DNA of 64,000 nucleotides. Source: Myxococcales bacterium (GTDB lineage Bacteria; Myxococcota_A; Polyangia; Polyangiales; Polyangiaceae). The stretch covers positions 20,860 to 84,859 of the forward strand of contig JAYTOU010000029.1 in assembly GCA_043747615.1 (NCBI GenBank), read 5' to 3'. The notes beneath the pieces are model-generated. The model was not told the DNA's origin. It worked only from the letters and a program-made list of their open reading frames with translations, and made no database searches. Shown here piece after piece: positions 37,099 to 46,256 of this stretch (position 1 is its first letter; each line of letters begins with the position of its first letter). The position numbers and the translations under genes were made by a program.

Positions 37099-39000
37099 TT
37101 GCGAGTGAGCAGGTCCCCGAAAAAGCGCCTCTGGGTAACGGCTGCGATCGCAGGGGTAGCTGCGGTCGCCTGGCTCGGAACGCGCAACGCGGTTCGCGCG
37201 CCTCATCCTCCGGTAGGAGCTTCGGGGACTACGTCGCCGCTCGCGATCCTAGACGCTGGCGCCATCGAGTCGGACGACAGAGTGAGCACGTTTCGCGTGC
37301 CGTCGGGGGATCCACCGTCGCTCAGCTGCGATGATGCGCGCCGCGTCGTCGCTCAAGTCAGGCAGACCCTCGCGTATGAGCCGGGGGCAGTCTCGCCAAC
37401 GCTGTTCGCGTCGCAGGTCTCCGACTGGCTCGATCCGCACGGGCTATGGAGCGCCGCGCCGGGTGCGCCAGTGGCCGCAGTGATCGAGCGTCACGCGCGC
37501 GCGCTTCTCGGCGAGATCGAAGGAAAGCATGCAGAATGCACGGCAGCTCGCGAAGTGGGCGCGGTGGTCGAGAAATGGATCAACGAGCTCTCCCGTGATT
37601 TTCAGGCGAAACGCGGGGCGACATCGGGCCTCGAGCTCGAGCCTGCGCTGAGCGAGCCCATCCTCGACGGCGCAGCGACCACCCGTTCGGCGCGCGAATT
37701 CGCCTCGCTCCTCGGCGAGCGGGTCGGCGCCTTCGAGCATGGCCTCGGGCCCTCCGCGCACGCATTTGCAGACGGCGCAGCGGCGCGCTTTTTCCCGGTG
37801 CTCGACGCCGAGAGATGGTCACGCGTCGTGCTCGCTGCCGCCGTTCGGGCCTACGTGCCGCTCGTCGATCCCCACGGCGCCTGGGCTCCGCTCGATGAAG
37901 AAGCAAGCGTCTACGAGGTCGATCTCGACTCGCACCCTCCCGTCGCGCTGTGGGAAAAAATTTCACGCACCGCGGTGGGCGTGCGCATCGATGCGGGTGC
38001 GCTGGCGCCCTTGCAGAACGGAGACGTGCTTCTGTCGCTGTCGAAGGTGACGATCGCCGGCTTGCCGCTCGAGCAGATCGAGCAGCTCGCCCTCGCGGTG
38101 TCCGATGCGCACGCGCCCGCCGAGGCCATCGTTTTCAGAAAAGGGGAGCGCGCTCTGCGCACCTTGACGATGAGCATGCCCAACGTCGGTGGAGGCGCCG
38201 CTGTTCATGACGACCTTCCTTCCGAACGCGTCGCGTACGGCGAGGGCGACGTCGTGGTGGTCGCGATCCGGGAGGTGAAAGACGATCTCGGAGAAGAGCT
38301 CACGCGGGCTGTTTTACGGGAAAAAAACCGAGGATCGCTGGTCGGTATCGTCCTCGATCTGCGCGGCAACGGCGGTGGCTCGACCGACGGCGCGATCACA
38401 GCGCTCGGGATCTTCCTGCCGGGCGTTCCCCTCTTTCCGATGAAGCGCCGCGATGGCTCGCTCGAGACGGAGCATGCTCCCGAGCCGGCGGCTGTCGAGC
38501 GCTGGGCCGGTCCGGTGGCCACCTTGGTAGATGGAAACACGGCGAGCGCAGCGGAGATGATCGCGGGCGCGCTCTCGGCGTACAAGCGCGGCCCGCTTGT
38601 CGGCCGATCTACGTACGGAAAAGGCTGCGCCCAGGAGTACTCCGACGACGACGCGCGATCAGGCGTCCTTCGTCTGACGACGCTTCTCTATGCGCTTCCC
38701 GACGGTGCGGCGGTGCAGCGGGTCGGCCTCACGCCCACGGTCCGCTTTGCGTTTCTGCCTCTGCCCGGCGAAGAGCCGGCGACGGAACGCGAAGCCAATC
38801 TCCCCGACGCGCCGCCCACCTGGCGCGGCCCCGACGTACGCGACGCACGGGTGGTAGCGAGCAACGAAGCGGCAGCGCTCATGACTTGGCCGGCGCATGG
38901 CGGGAACCTCGGCGTCTGCAAAGACCCGGACGTGTGCCGCGCGATCAAGGCGCTCGGCGGAGCGAAATCGCCGCGGATCTCCGCAGCAAAGTCGCACTGA
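37099..39000 (+). CDS. S41 carboxy-terminal processing protease
   Basis: N-terminal TM; LDPH; VLDLRGNGGG; TASAAE (Ser); TYGKG (Lys). Confidence 0.88.
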   Translation: MRVSRSPKKRLWVTAAIAGVAAVAWLGTRNAVRAPHPPVGASGTTSPLAILDAGAIESDDRVSTFRVPSGDPPSLSCDDARRVVAQVRQTLAYEPGAVSPTLFASQVSDWLDPHGLWSAAPGAPVAAVIERHARALLGEIEGKHAECTAAREVGAVVEKWINELSRDFQAKRGATSGLELEPALSEPILDGAATTRSAREFASLLGERVGAFEHGLGPSAHAFADGAAARFFPVLDAERWSRVVLAAAVRAYVPLVDPHGAWAPLDEEASVYEVDLDSHPPVALWEKISRTAVGVRIDAGALAPLQNGDVLLSLSKVTIAGLPLEQIEQLALAVSDAHAPAEAIVFRKGERALRTLTMSMPNVGGGAAVHDDLPSERVAYGEGDVVVVAIREVKDDLGEELTRAVLREKNRGSLVGIVLDLRGNGGGSTDGAITALGIFLPGVPLFPMKRRDGSLETEHAPEPAAVERWAGPVATLVDGNTASAAEMIAGALSAYKRGPLVGRSTYGKGCAQEYSDDDARSGVLRLTTLLYALPDGAAVQRVGLTPTVRFAFLPLPGEEPATEREANLPDAPPTWRGPDVRDARVVASNEAAALMTWPAHGGNLGVCKDPDVCRAIKALGGAKSPRISAAKSH

Positions 39001-39004
39001 AGAG

Positions 39005-39760
39005 TCAGCCCTTCACGAGCTCGTACGCGAGCTTCACCGCCACTGCGCCAACGACGCCGAGAACGACGACACGGACGAACCGATCGCCGCGACGAATCGC
39101 CAGATGCGAGCCGACGAACGCTCCGGCTGCGTTCGCTGCAGCCATAGGCAACGCAATCTCCCACAGCACGGAGCCGCGCCACGAGAAGAGCGCGAGCGCG
39201 GCGAGGTTCGACGCAAGGTTCACCACCTTCGCGTTCCCCGAAGCGCGCACGAGTGAATCGTCGAAGAGCGTGGCGAAGGTAACGATGAGCATCGACCCCA
39301 CGCCGGGCCCGAAAAATCCGTCGTACGCACCGAGGATCGCAGAGACCATCACGAGCACCACCCGCGGATGAGCGAGAGCATGGGCGCGCGGACGAATCCG
39401 CGGAGGAAGCGCAACGAGCACGGCGGCAAACACCAGGAGTGCGAGAACCAGTGGTTTTAGCGGCGCGGCATTCATCGCGAGTAGCAAACGCGCCCCGGCG
39501 AACGAGCCGAGAGCACCGGCGATGAAGGCGAAGGGCACGCGATCGCGATCGATCCCGTCGCGATGCCAGAACGACGCAGCCGACGAGATCGCGCCGAAGG
39601 TCGCCTGGCCTTTGTTCGTGGCCAGCGCGATCTGCGGCGGAAGCCCGAGGGCGAGAAGAGCGGGAAGGGTGACCAGACCGCCTCCGCCGGCGATCGAATC
39701 GACCACCCCCGCTGAAAATGCTGCGGGAATCAGAAGAAAGAAGGTTGAGGGCGGGAACAC
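39005..39760 (-). CDS. TSUP (TauE/SafE) family transporter
   Basis: AGVVDSIAGGGGL, ALATNK, YDGFFGPGVG, NAKVVNLASN. Confidence 0.92.
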   Translation of the reverse strand: MFPPSTFFLLIPAAFSAGVVDSIAGGGGLVTLPALLALGLPPQIALATNKGQATFGAISSAASFWHRDGIDRDRVPFAFIAGALGSFAGARLLLAMNAAPLKPLVLALLVFAAVLVALPPRIRPRAHALAHPRVVLVMVSAILGAYDGFFGPGVGSMLIVTFATLFDDSLVRASGNAKVVNLASNLAALALFSWRGSVLWEIALPMAAANAAGAFVGSHLAIRRGDRFVRVVVLGVVGAVAVKLAYELVKG

Positions 39761-39780
39761 GATCCTTTGATATCGTCGAG

Positions 39781-40086
39781 GTGATGGGTTTAGTGCTCAC
39801 ATTTCTCGTATCGCGCAAAGGGCGCGGGGTGAAGTCTACGGCCGTGAGCGACGCCATCATCAGGATCGGAAACGATCCTCGCAGCCAGCTCTGTCTCGAG
39901 GACGAAGCGGTCTCGCTCATGCACGCGGTCATCGAAGTCGACGCAGAGGCGAGCGCCACGTTGATCGACCTCGGCTCGCCGATAGGCACCTGGGTGAATG
40001 GCGCTCGTGTGAACCGCTGCAAGCTTCGCCCAGGCGACGAGATCCGGATCGCTACGACCCATATTCAGGTCGAGAGCATCAAGTAA
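39781..40086 (+). CDS. stand-alone FHA-domain protein
   Basis: IIRIG..VSLMHAVI..LIDLGS..GTWVNG..LRPGDEIRI. Confidence 0.75.
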   Translation: MMGLVLTFLVSRKGRGVKSTAVSDAIIRIGNDPRSQLCLEDEAVSLMHAVIEVDAEASATLIDLGSPIGTWVNGARVNRCKLRPGDEIRIATTHIQVESIK

Positions 40087-42871
40087 CCGGCAGAGATTCC
40101 TCGTCGACCGGCTTTTGGGCGGGGGATTTCCGGACCGCAGTGAGATCGAGTGGCGAGGCGATCGCTCCGTCCTTGTACGTTCCCATCTCGACGCGGATCG
40201 CGCGGTGCTCGATCGGATCGGACGCCAGCACCTCCACGACCTCGCTGATCTTGCACGAGCCCGAGCCGCGGATCTCGATGTCGACCACGACCGCCACCAG
40301 GTCGCCGACCATTCCCGAAGCAGCGACGAGCTCGCTTGCCTCCGCGGAGATTTCGATTTTTCGCAGGAAGGCCCGAACGTCGACCCACTTTCCAATACCG
40401 TCGATCTTCCGGAGCAGCTTGAGCTCCGAGGCTTCGCGCACGCGCCGCACTTGCTCTTCGAGCCACGCCTCTCCTCCGCGCTCGGTGAGGACCGATCGGG
40501 CGATGGCGATGACGTAGCGCGCGGTGTCGATCACCCGGCTGATCGAAGCGTCATTCGGACCGAGGCGAACGGCTCCCGTGAATCGCAGACCGTCCGGCGC
40601 CGATTCGCTAAGCGCCTGGAGGTACTCCGCCGGATCGAGATCCGAGGTGATTTTCATGTCGACGTATTCGTGAAGGCTGAAGACGCCGAGGGAGAGCGCC
40701 GGCCCGAAAGACATGTCCGGCTTGGGATGGAAACCCGACGAGTAGAAAAGCGGGATCTCGTTGCGTCGAAACGCTCGAGGGAGGGCGCGAATGACGTCGA
40801 GGTGCGACAGGAACGCGCTTGGGCCGAGCTTGGTGTACGCGAAACGGTAGCGGCGCGGCTCGCCTTGCGCGAACGGCGTCGGAGCGAGCTTCCCCTTTTG
40901 CACTTTCTTCTCGACGGGCGCGGGCGGCTCGCGACGAGACTGCGCACCGAGCTTGGAGAGATAGACCAGTCGCTCCGTCCGCATGGCGCCGAGATCGCAC
41001 GCCACACCGCAGTCGTAACAGACGAGCTTGCGCGAATCGCTCCCTGCGTCGTCGAGGTTCGTATGATGGATGAACATCCCCGCAACTTTACCGCACGGGA
41101 GCGAAAGCCTCGATTTCAAGGCTTTTCGGTACTCACGGGCGAGGAAGCCTTCTTCGAGACCGACGTCGATGTGATCCCACGGAAGGCGCGCCGTCGTGGG
41201 AATCGTCCCTAGGTAGATCGCTGAATCAATGCCTTCTGCAGCGAGCGCATCCTCCCAGATCTTGATGTGGAGGTGTTCGTCCCATGAGTCGAAGCGCGCG
41301 CCCGCGCGGTAGGCTCGCTCGAGCACGTTGCACAGGCGGCGATCTCCTCGAGCGTAGATCGCCTCGAGCCAGGAGCCCTCGCTCTCGTGCATGCGAAGTT
41401 TCACGCCAGCCGGCCTTGCTTCCTCGCGGAGCCACGCTTGCTTTCTCAGTACGTCGTCCGGGGTGTCCATGGCGCACCACTGAAACGGCGTGTGGGGCTT
41501 GGGAACGTGGGTGGAGACGCTGACGGTGACGATCGGCGCGCTGCCACCCTTCGCGCGTTTCAGTCTCTTTCCGACCTCGAGAGCCCGCCCGCCCACGCGC
41601 ACGATCTCGCGCACGTCGGACTCCTCTTCCGTCGGGAGACCGATCATGAAGTAGAGCTTCATCGTCGTCCAGCCGCGCGAGAAGATCCGCTCCGCGGTGG
41701 TCATCAGCTGCTCCTCGGTGACGTTCTTGTTCACGACGTCGCGCATCCGCTGGCTCCCCGCTTCGGGGGCGAAGGTGATGCCGCTCGCGCGCACCTTGTT
41801 GATGTCGTCGAGCACCGACTCTTCGAGTCCGTACGCGCGGAGCGAGGAGACGCCGAGAGAAACGCGCTCCGGCGCAAGCTTGTCGACCACCTTCTTGATG
41901 AGCGGCGCGATGCAGGAATAGTCCGCCGTGGATAGCGCGGTGAGGCTGACCTCGTCGTAGCCCGACTTCTTGATGGCCGAAATTACGGTGTCTGCGATCT
42001 GCTGCGGATCGCGCTCGCGCACCGGACGATAGATATTTCCGGCCTGGCAGAAGCGGCACCCCTCCGTGCACCCCCGGGCGATCTCGATCGACATGCGATC
42101 GAAGATGGCCTCGGGACCGCCGATGGGTCCGTCATCGGGGAAGGGAAACTTGTTCAGGTCGTCGACCAGCGAACGGACGATCGGAAAAGGAAGCCCAGGC
42201 TCGGTCGGGCCGCTCGCGACCTCGAACCCGGTTGCGGCATCGACGTGTGTAGAATACAAGCTCGGAACGTACACCCCGCGAAGCTTGGCGAGCGCACGCA
42301 ACCGATCGGCGCGAGTCACGCCTTTTTCACGCAGGTCGACCCACAGAATGGCCATCTCCGTCGTTCGCTCTTCGCCGTCTCCGATGCAGAACGCGTCGAT
42401 GAACGCCGAGATCGGCTCGGGGTGCGTAGCCGTGGGGCCGCCCGCGATCACCAACGGATCGCTCTCGCCGCGCTCGCTCGAACGCAGGGGAATTCCACCG
42501 AGGTCCAGCATGGTCAGGACGTTGGTGTAGGTGAGCTCGAACTGAAGAGAGAAGCCGACGACATCGAATGAAGACAGCGGATGCGCAGTCTCCAGCGACA
42601 AGATCGGCAGCTTGCGAGCGACCAGCTGCTCCTGCATGTCCGTCCACGGCGTGTAAGCGCGCTCGGCGAGGATGCGTGGATCGTCGTTCAAGATCTTGTA
42701 GAGGATCTTGAAACCGAGATGGCTCATACCGATGTCGTAGAGATCCGGGAACGCCAGACAGACCCGGGCGCGAACGCCGTCCCAGCTCTTCTTCGCCGCG
42801 CCGAACTCGCCGCCGAGGTAGCGCGCAGGCTTCTGCACGAGGTGAACGAACGGCGCGTAGGGGTGCTCCAT
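40079..42871 (-). CDS. TIGR03960-family B12-binding radical SAM protein fused to DUF2344 (TIGR03936)
   Basis: VQKPARYLGGE, FPDLYDIGMSHLG, EIARGCTEGCRFC (CxxxCxxC), TFAPEAGSQRMR, KLYFMIGLP; C-terminal FLSHLD..YSSGFHPKP; ATG 42871 with SD GAGGA. Confidence 0.9.
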   Translation of the reverse strand: MEHPYAPFVHLVQKPARYLGGEFGAAKKSWDGVRARVCLAFPDLYDIGMSHLGFKILYKILNDDPRILAERAYTPWTDMQEQLVARKLPILSLETAHPLSSFDVVGFSLQFELTYTNVLTMLDLGGIPLRSSERGESDPLVIAGGPTATHPEPISAFIDAFCIGDGEERTTEMAILWVDLREKGVTRADRLRALAKLRGVYVPSLYSTHVDAATGFEVASGPTEPGLPFPIVRSLVDDLNKFPFPDDGPIGGPEAIFDRMSIEIARGCTEGCRFCQAGNIYRPVRERDPQQIADTVISAIKKSGYDEVSLTALSTADYSCIAPLIKKVVDKLAPERVSLGVSSLRAYGLEESVLDDINKVRASGITFAPEAGSQRMRDVVNKNVTEEQLMTTAERIFSRGWTTMKLYFMIGLPTEEESDVREIVRVGGRALEVGKRLKRAKGGSAPIVTVSVSTHVPKPHTPFQWCAMDTPDDVLRKQAWLREEARPAGVKLRMHESEGSWLEAIYARGDRRLCNVLERAYRAGARFDSWDEHLHIKIWEDALAAEGIDSAIYLGTIPTTARLPWDHIDVGLEEGFLAREYRKALKSRLSLPCGKVAGMFIHHTNLDDAGSDSRKLVCYDCGVACDLGAMRTERLVYLSKLGAQSRREPPAPVEKKVQKGKLAPTPFAQGEPRRYRFAYTKLGPSAFLSHLDVIRALPRAFRRNEIPLFYSSGFHPKPDMSFGPALSLGVFSLHEYVDMKITSDLDPAEYLQALSESAPDGLRFTGAVRLGPNDASISRVIDTARYVIAIARSVLTERGGEAWLEEQVRRVREASELKLLRKIDGIGKWVDVRAFLRKIEISAEASELVAASGMVGDLVAVVVDIEIRGSGSCKISEVVEVLASDPIEHRAIRVEMGTYKDGAIASPLDLTAVRKSPAQKPVDEESLPVT

Positions 42872-42930
42872 GATTCCTCGTGATTTATAGTGATTTCGAG
42901 GAAACGCAAGGCGCCGGGCCCCCGGTAAGG

Positions 42931-44940
42931 CTACCGAGCGGGAGCGTTTCCCGCATCCAGTCGAGCGCGCCAAGCGTCGTCGGTGAGGCGATCGCTTGTA
43001 TTCTGCACGAATTCGTAGTGCGGGAGGACGGCGCCCACGGTGAGGACCATCCGTCCCGTTCGCGGCTCGCGCATGACGAGGTAGAGCTCGCTGGAATTTC
43101 CGGTGGCTACCTCGAGGACCTGGCTGCTCGCCAGATCGGTGTGCACATCCACCACTCGCGCCGTCTCCGACGAAAGAGCACCTTCGAGAGCGCTCAGCCA
43201 GCGCGGAAAAGTGGCGAGCGTTGCCGCTTGATCGGCGCTCGGTGGCTCGTCGTTCGCGCAGAGAAGCGCTACCTCGAAGGCCACACCGAGGAGCTGATCG
43301 ACGTCCGACAGCACGGCCTTCGCAGGAGACTCCGAGGTCAGGGCGCCCATCGACGACAGTCCGTGCAAGGCCTGCCTCACCAGCGACACGAGCTTGGCGA
43401 TCGCTTCGGGGTGTGGCTCGACGAACGCCAGCCCCGGACGTCCCTCTTCGGACGCACTGACGCTCGGAAGCACGGTGACCCGAGCACGACCCGCTGAGGA
43501 AAAATCGTGGCGCAGCGTGGTCCAGGCCGACAGCGCCGCTTCGAGCGTTCGCTTCTTCGACGCCGTCGTAGAGACGGCCGGCTGCGCACCCGCAGCGACA
43601 GACGGCTTGAGCATCGTGGCGATGGCATCGAGCTCCGACAGGTAGAGGCTGGCGTGCCATTCGCTCGCGGCGGAGGCGTCGGCGCGTTTTCGCAGCATGG
43701 TCATCACGTCGCTCGCCGCGGGGTATCGGCGCTCGGGAGTCTGCGGCGAAACAAGGCTGTTCATGAGATCAGAGTCCGGCGTGTAGCGTGCGCCGAAGAA
43801 CCGGACGCTCGGCGCGACCCCGTCGTAGAGCCTGGGAGCCTTCGAGCGATCCTCCGCCGCGACGTGACGTAGGCGATCGATCAGCGCCACGTTCACGAGT
43901 CCCTTCGTCTCACGAAAGTCGAGGCTCGCGGCCTGGGCAAGACGCGCAAAATCCCGGGGCGACGGATCATCGGCGCCTCCCACGACGAAGTGGGCGAGCG
44001 CCTCGATGCGCTCCCACTTGCGGGCCGCTTCCGGATCGATGGCCGGATCGATGAGACGGGCAAAAAGGAGCGCCGCGCGTGCGTTGGTCCTCAGCAACGA
44101 TGTGTCGACGGGGCCGCCGGAGCCCTTTTTCTCCGCGAAGACCAGGGGAGCCTGGGCCACCCACGCCAGCGCGCGGTACGTGCGGCCACCATCACCGAGA
44201 CCCGCACCGGCCCTCGGGGCGAGCGCCGCGTAGTCGAGCTTCGTGCCGAGCAGGGGGCTCAGACCGTCCGAATGATGCGCGAGAATTTTCCCCGTCTCGC
44301 GGGCGACCACTTCCGCCACGTCGATCGGCGGCGAATACGTCGAAGAGAGGAGAGACTGAGCGACCGCGACGTACCCGAGGCAGAGCGCGTATGGCGCCAA
44401 GAGATCGGATGGCGCGCCCACCTGCGCGGCTTTTAGTCTCGTCTCCATGCGTGCGAGGAGCGCCTTCAGCACGACCACGGTCTCGCGGGTCTCCACCTCG
44501 GCGAGGGCGGCGGCCATCGCCAGATGGGTGAGCTCGAAGAGCGCGTCGAGGGTGACGACGTAAGGGATCCGTGCGGCCGCGAGATCCATGTAAAGCGCAC
44601 TCATTCGCTTGGGCCCGTGATCGCTCGACAGAACGGTGAAGCCCTCGCTCAGCAGTCGTTCCCGGGCGTCTTTCGAGAGCGCGAGAAAGCGGGCGTCTGC
44701 GCCTTCCGGTCGCACCACTTGAGCCTCATCGAGGGGGAGCGTCGGACCCCGGAGCGCCCCGTCGATCGAGAACTCGAGGGGCTGCCAGTTGGTTCCGGGC
44801 AGGGCCGGAAGCGGTCGCCCGAGAACGACCGTCGGCCGAGCGGTCTGAGTCCGCGGTACGGGCGCAATTGCAGATGAACAAGCCCCGAGCGTGGTGACGC
44901 AAAGAACGAGCGCCCACTTTTGAGGTGGCCTACGCCTCAC
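42931..44940 (-). CDS. DUF3160-domain lipoprotein
   Basis: TLGA-C; IPYVVTLDA; FVVGGADD; GARYTPDS; SAWTTLRHD; FVEPHPE; GAVLPHYEF..RLTDDAWR. Confidence 0.82.
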   Translation of the reverse strand: MRRRPPQKWALVLCVTTLGACSSAIAPVPRTQTARPTVVLGRPLPALPGTNWQPLEFSIDGALRGPTLPLDEAQVVRPEGADARFLALSKDARERLLSEGFTVLSSDHGPKRMSALYMDLAAARIPYVVTLDALFELTHLAMAAALAEVETRETVVVLKALLARMETRLKAAQVGAPSDLLAPYALCLGYVAVAQSLLSSTYSPPIDVAEVVARETGKILAHHSDGLSPLLGTKLDYAALAPRAGAGLGDGGRTYRALAWVAQAPLVFAEKKGSGGPVDTSLLRTNARAALLFARLIDPAIDPEAARKWERIEALAHFVVGGADDPSPRDFARLAQAASLDFRETKGLVNVALIDRLRHVAAEDRSKAPRLYDGVAPSVRFFGARYTPDSDLMNSLVSPQTPERRYPAASDVMTMLRKRADASAASEWHASLYLSELDAIATMLKPSVAAGAQPAVSTTASKKRTLEAALSAWTTLRHDFSSAGRARVTVLPSVSASEEGRPGLAFVEPHPEAIAKLVSLVRQALHGLSSMGALTSESPAKAVLSDVDQLLGVAFEVALLCANDEPPSADQAATLATFPRWLSALEGALSSETARVVDVHTDLASSQVLEVATGNSSELYLVMREPRTGRMVLTVGAVLPHYEFVQNTSDRLTDDAWRARLDAGNAPAR

Positions 44941-44972
44941 GAATCGGCCAGTTTCCCTGCGTGCGCCTACCG

Positions 44973-45137
44973 ATGCCCGTAATTCGCGTGTTCTTCCTCG
45001 CGCTGATCTCGGTCACGGCTTCCACGTATGCCCTCGTTCGTTACTACACGCGGCGGCCCGCGCCCATGATCGTCGCTGCGCCGGGCGAGCTCGACTCTGG
45101 AGAAATTCCCGCGCCGGACATAGAGCCCCAAAAATAG
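44973..45137 (+). CDS. small single-TM hypothetical protein (54 aa)
   Basis: Hydrophobic N-terminus, EIPAPDIE tail; stop 1 nt before queE. Confidence 0.5.
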   Translation: MPVIRVFFLALISVTASTYALVRYYTRRPAPMIVAAPGELDSGEIPAPDIEPQK

Positions 45138-45138
45138 C

Positions 45139-45813
45139 GTGCTACGAAGGGGCGTCGTGCCCAAAGAAGACTCCCTCCTCATCCACGAGATTTATGCGAG
45201 CGTTCAGGGCGAATCCACGTTCGCCGGGCTCCCGTGCACCTTCGTGCGCACGACGGGATGCAACCTTCGCTGCACGTGGTGCGACACAACGCAGGCCTTC
45301 TTCGGCGGCACGCGAATGACACGCGACGAAGTGCTCACCCGAGCTCTCGCCACGGAAACCGAGCTCGTCGAGCTCACCGGGGGCGAGCCGCTCCTCCAGC
45401 CTGCGGTCTTTCCGTTGATGACCGAGCTCTGCGACGCCGGGCGGACCGTGCTCGTCGAGACGAGCGGCGAAGCAGACGTGACCCGTGTCGACGCCCGCGT
45501 TCACAAAATCATGGATCTGAAAGCGCCAGGGTCGGGCGAGTCTGCGCGCAATCGATGGGCGAATCTGGAGTTCATCACCCCGCGCGACGAGCTGAAATTC
45601 GTGCTCGCCAGCCGCGAAGACTACGAGTGGATGCGGGCGACCATCACCGAGCGAAAGCTTCACGAGCGGACGCCCATTCTTCTCGCGAGCACCGTCTTCG
45701 GCGCCCTCTCTCCCCGCGCGCTCGTCGGCTGGGTCCTCGAGGACAAGCTCGGCGTGCGCGTGCAGCTCCAGATGCACAAATACATCTGGCCGGCCGACGC
45801 CCAAGGTGTCTGA
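45139..45813 (+). CDS. queE: 7-carboxy-7-deazaguanine synthase (radical SAM)
   Basis: EIYASVQGE, FVRTTGCNLRCTWCDT, LTGGEPLLQ, QLQMHKYIW. Confidence 0.92.
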   Translation: MLRRGVVPKEDSLLIHEIYASVQGESTFAGLPCTFVRTTGCNLRCTWCDTTQAFFGGTRMTRDEVLTRALATETELVELTGGEPLLQPAVFPLMTELCDAGRTVLVETSGEADVTRVDARVHKIMDLKAPGSGESARNRWANLEFITPRDELKFVLASREDYEWMRATITERKLHERTPILLASTVFGALSPRALVGWVLEDKLGVRVQLQMHKYIWPADAQGV

Positions 45814-45881
45814 GGAATTCATCGGCGCCTTCGGGCGTATGATGAGGTCATGGCCAGGCGACCCTCAGCAGACGGTACCGC

Positions 45882-46256
45882 GTGACACTCATGCTGCGAC
45901 CAAGGCTCATCTTCGCCGCCCTCGTGCTCCATGCGGGCTGCGGCGGTGAGCTGCCCCCGGTAGCCGCACGCGGGCATGACGTTCCGGTGGCGGCGTCTGA
46001 GCCCCGCGCTCAGGTTCGAGTGGTCCTCGCGCTCCTTCCTCGCATCGGATGCGACGAGGCGTTCGATCTCGCGCTGTACGAAAACCGCGGCGTCGAGCTG
46101 GTGACCTGGGAGTCACCCCCAAGCGCGGTTCCGCCCGGGTCGTGCCGCGAGCTGCGGGCCACAGTGCGTTACCTGCCGAGACACATCACGCGCGCCGAAC
46201 TCGTTCGACGCGTGCAGCAGCTGTCGATCTCCGTGAAAGTGGAAGAAGGAACATGA
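45882..46256 (+). CDS. small lipoprotein
   Basis: LVLHAG-C; CDEAFDLALYENRGVELV; ATGA overlap with the next gene. Confidence 0.65.
   Translation: MTLMLRPRLIFAALVLHAGCGGELPPVAARGHDVPVAASEPRAQVRVVLALLPRIGCDEAFDLALYENRGVELVTWESPPSAVPPGSCRELRATVRYLPRHITRAELVRRVQQLSISVKVEEGT

Noticed and set aside
40079..42871. B12 radical SAM enzyme as a lipid-modifying partner of the Tes-like enzyme
   Set aside because: It matches the widespread TIGR03960/DUF2344 fusion and lies over 15 kb away; nothing in the sequence links the two.
42900..42933. TAG readthrough or recoding at the end of the DUF3160 gene
   Set aside because: The stop falls at about the expected end of the family and no recoding signal is visible.
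42872..43660. N-terminal extension of the 1193-aa ORF
   Set aside because: Overlaps the DUF3160 gene in another frame; homology and an SD support ATG 42871.
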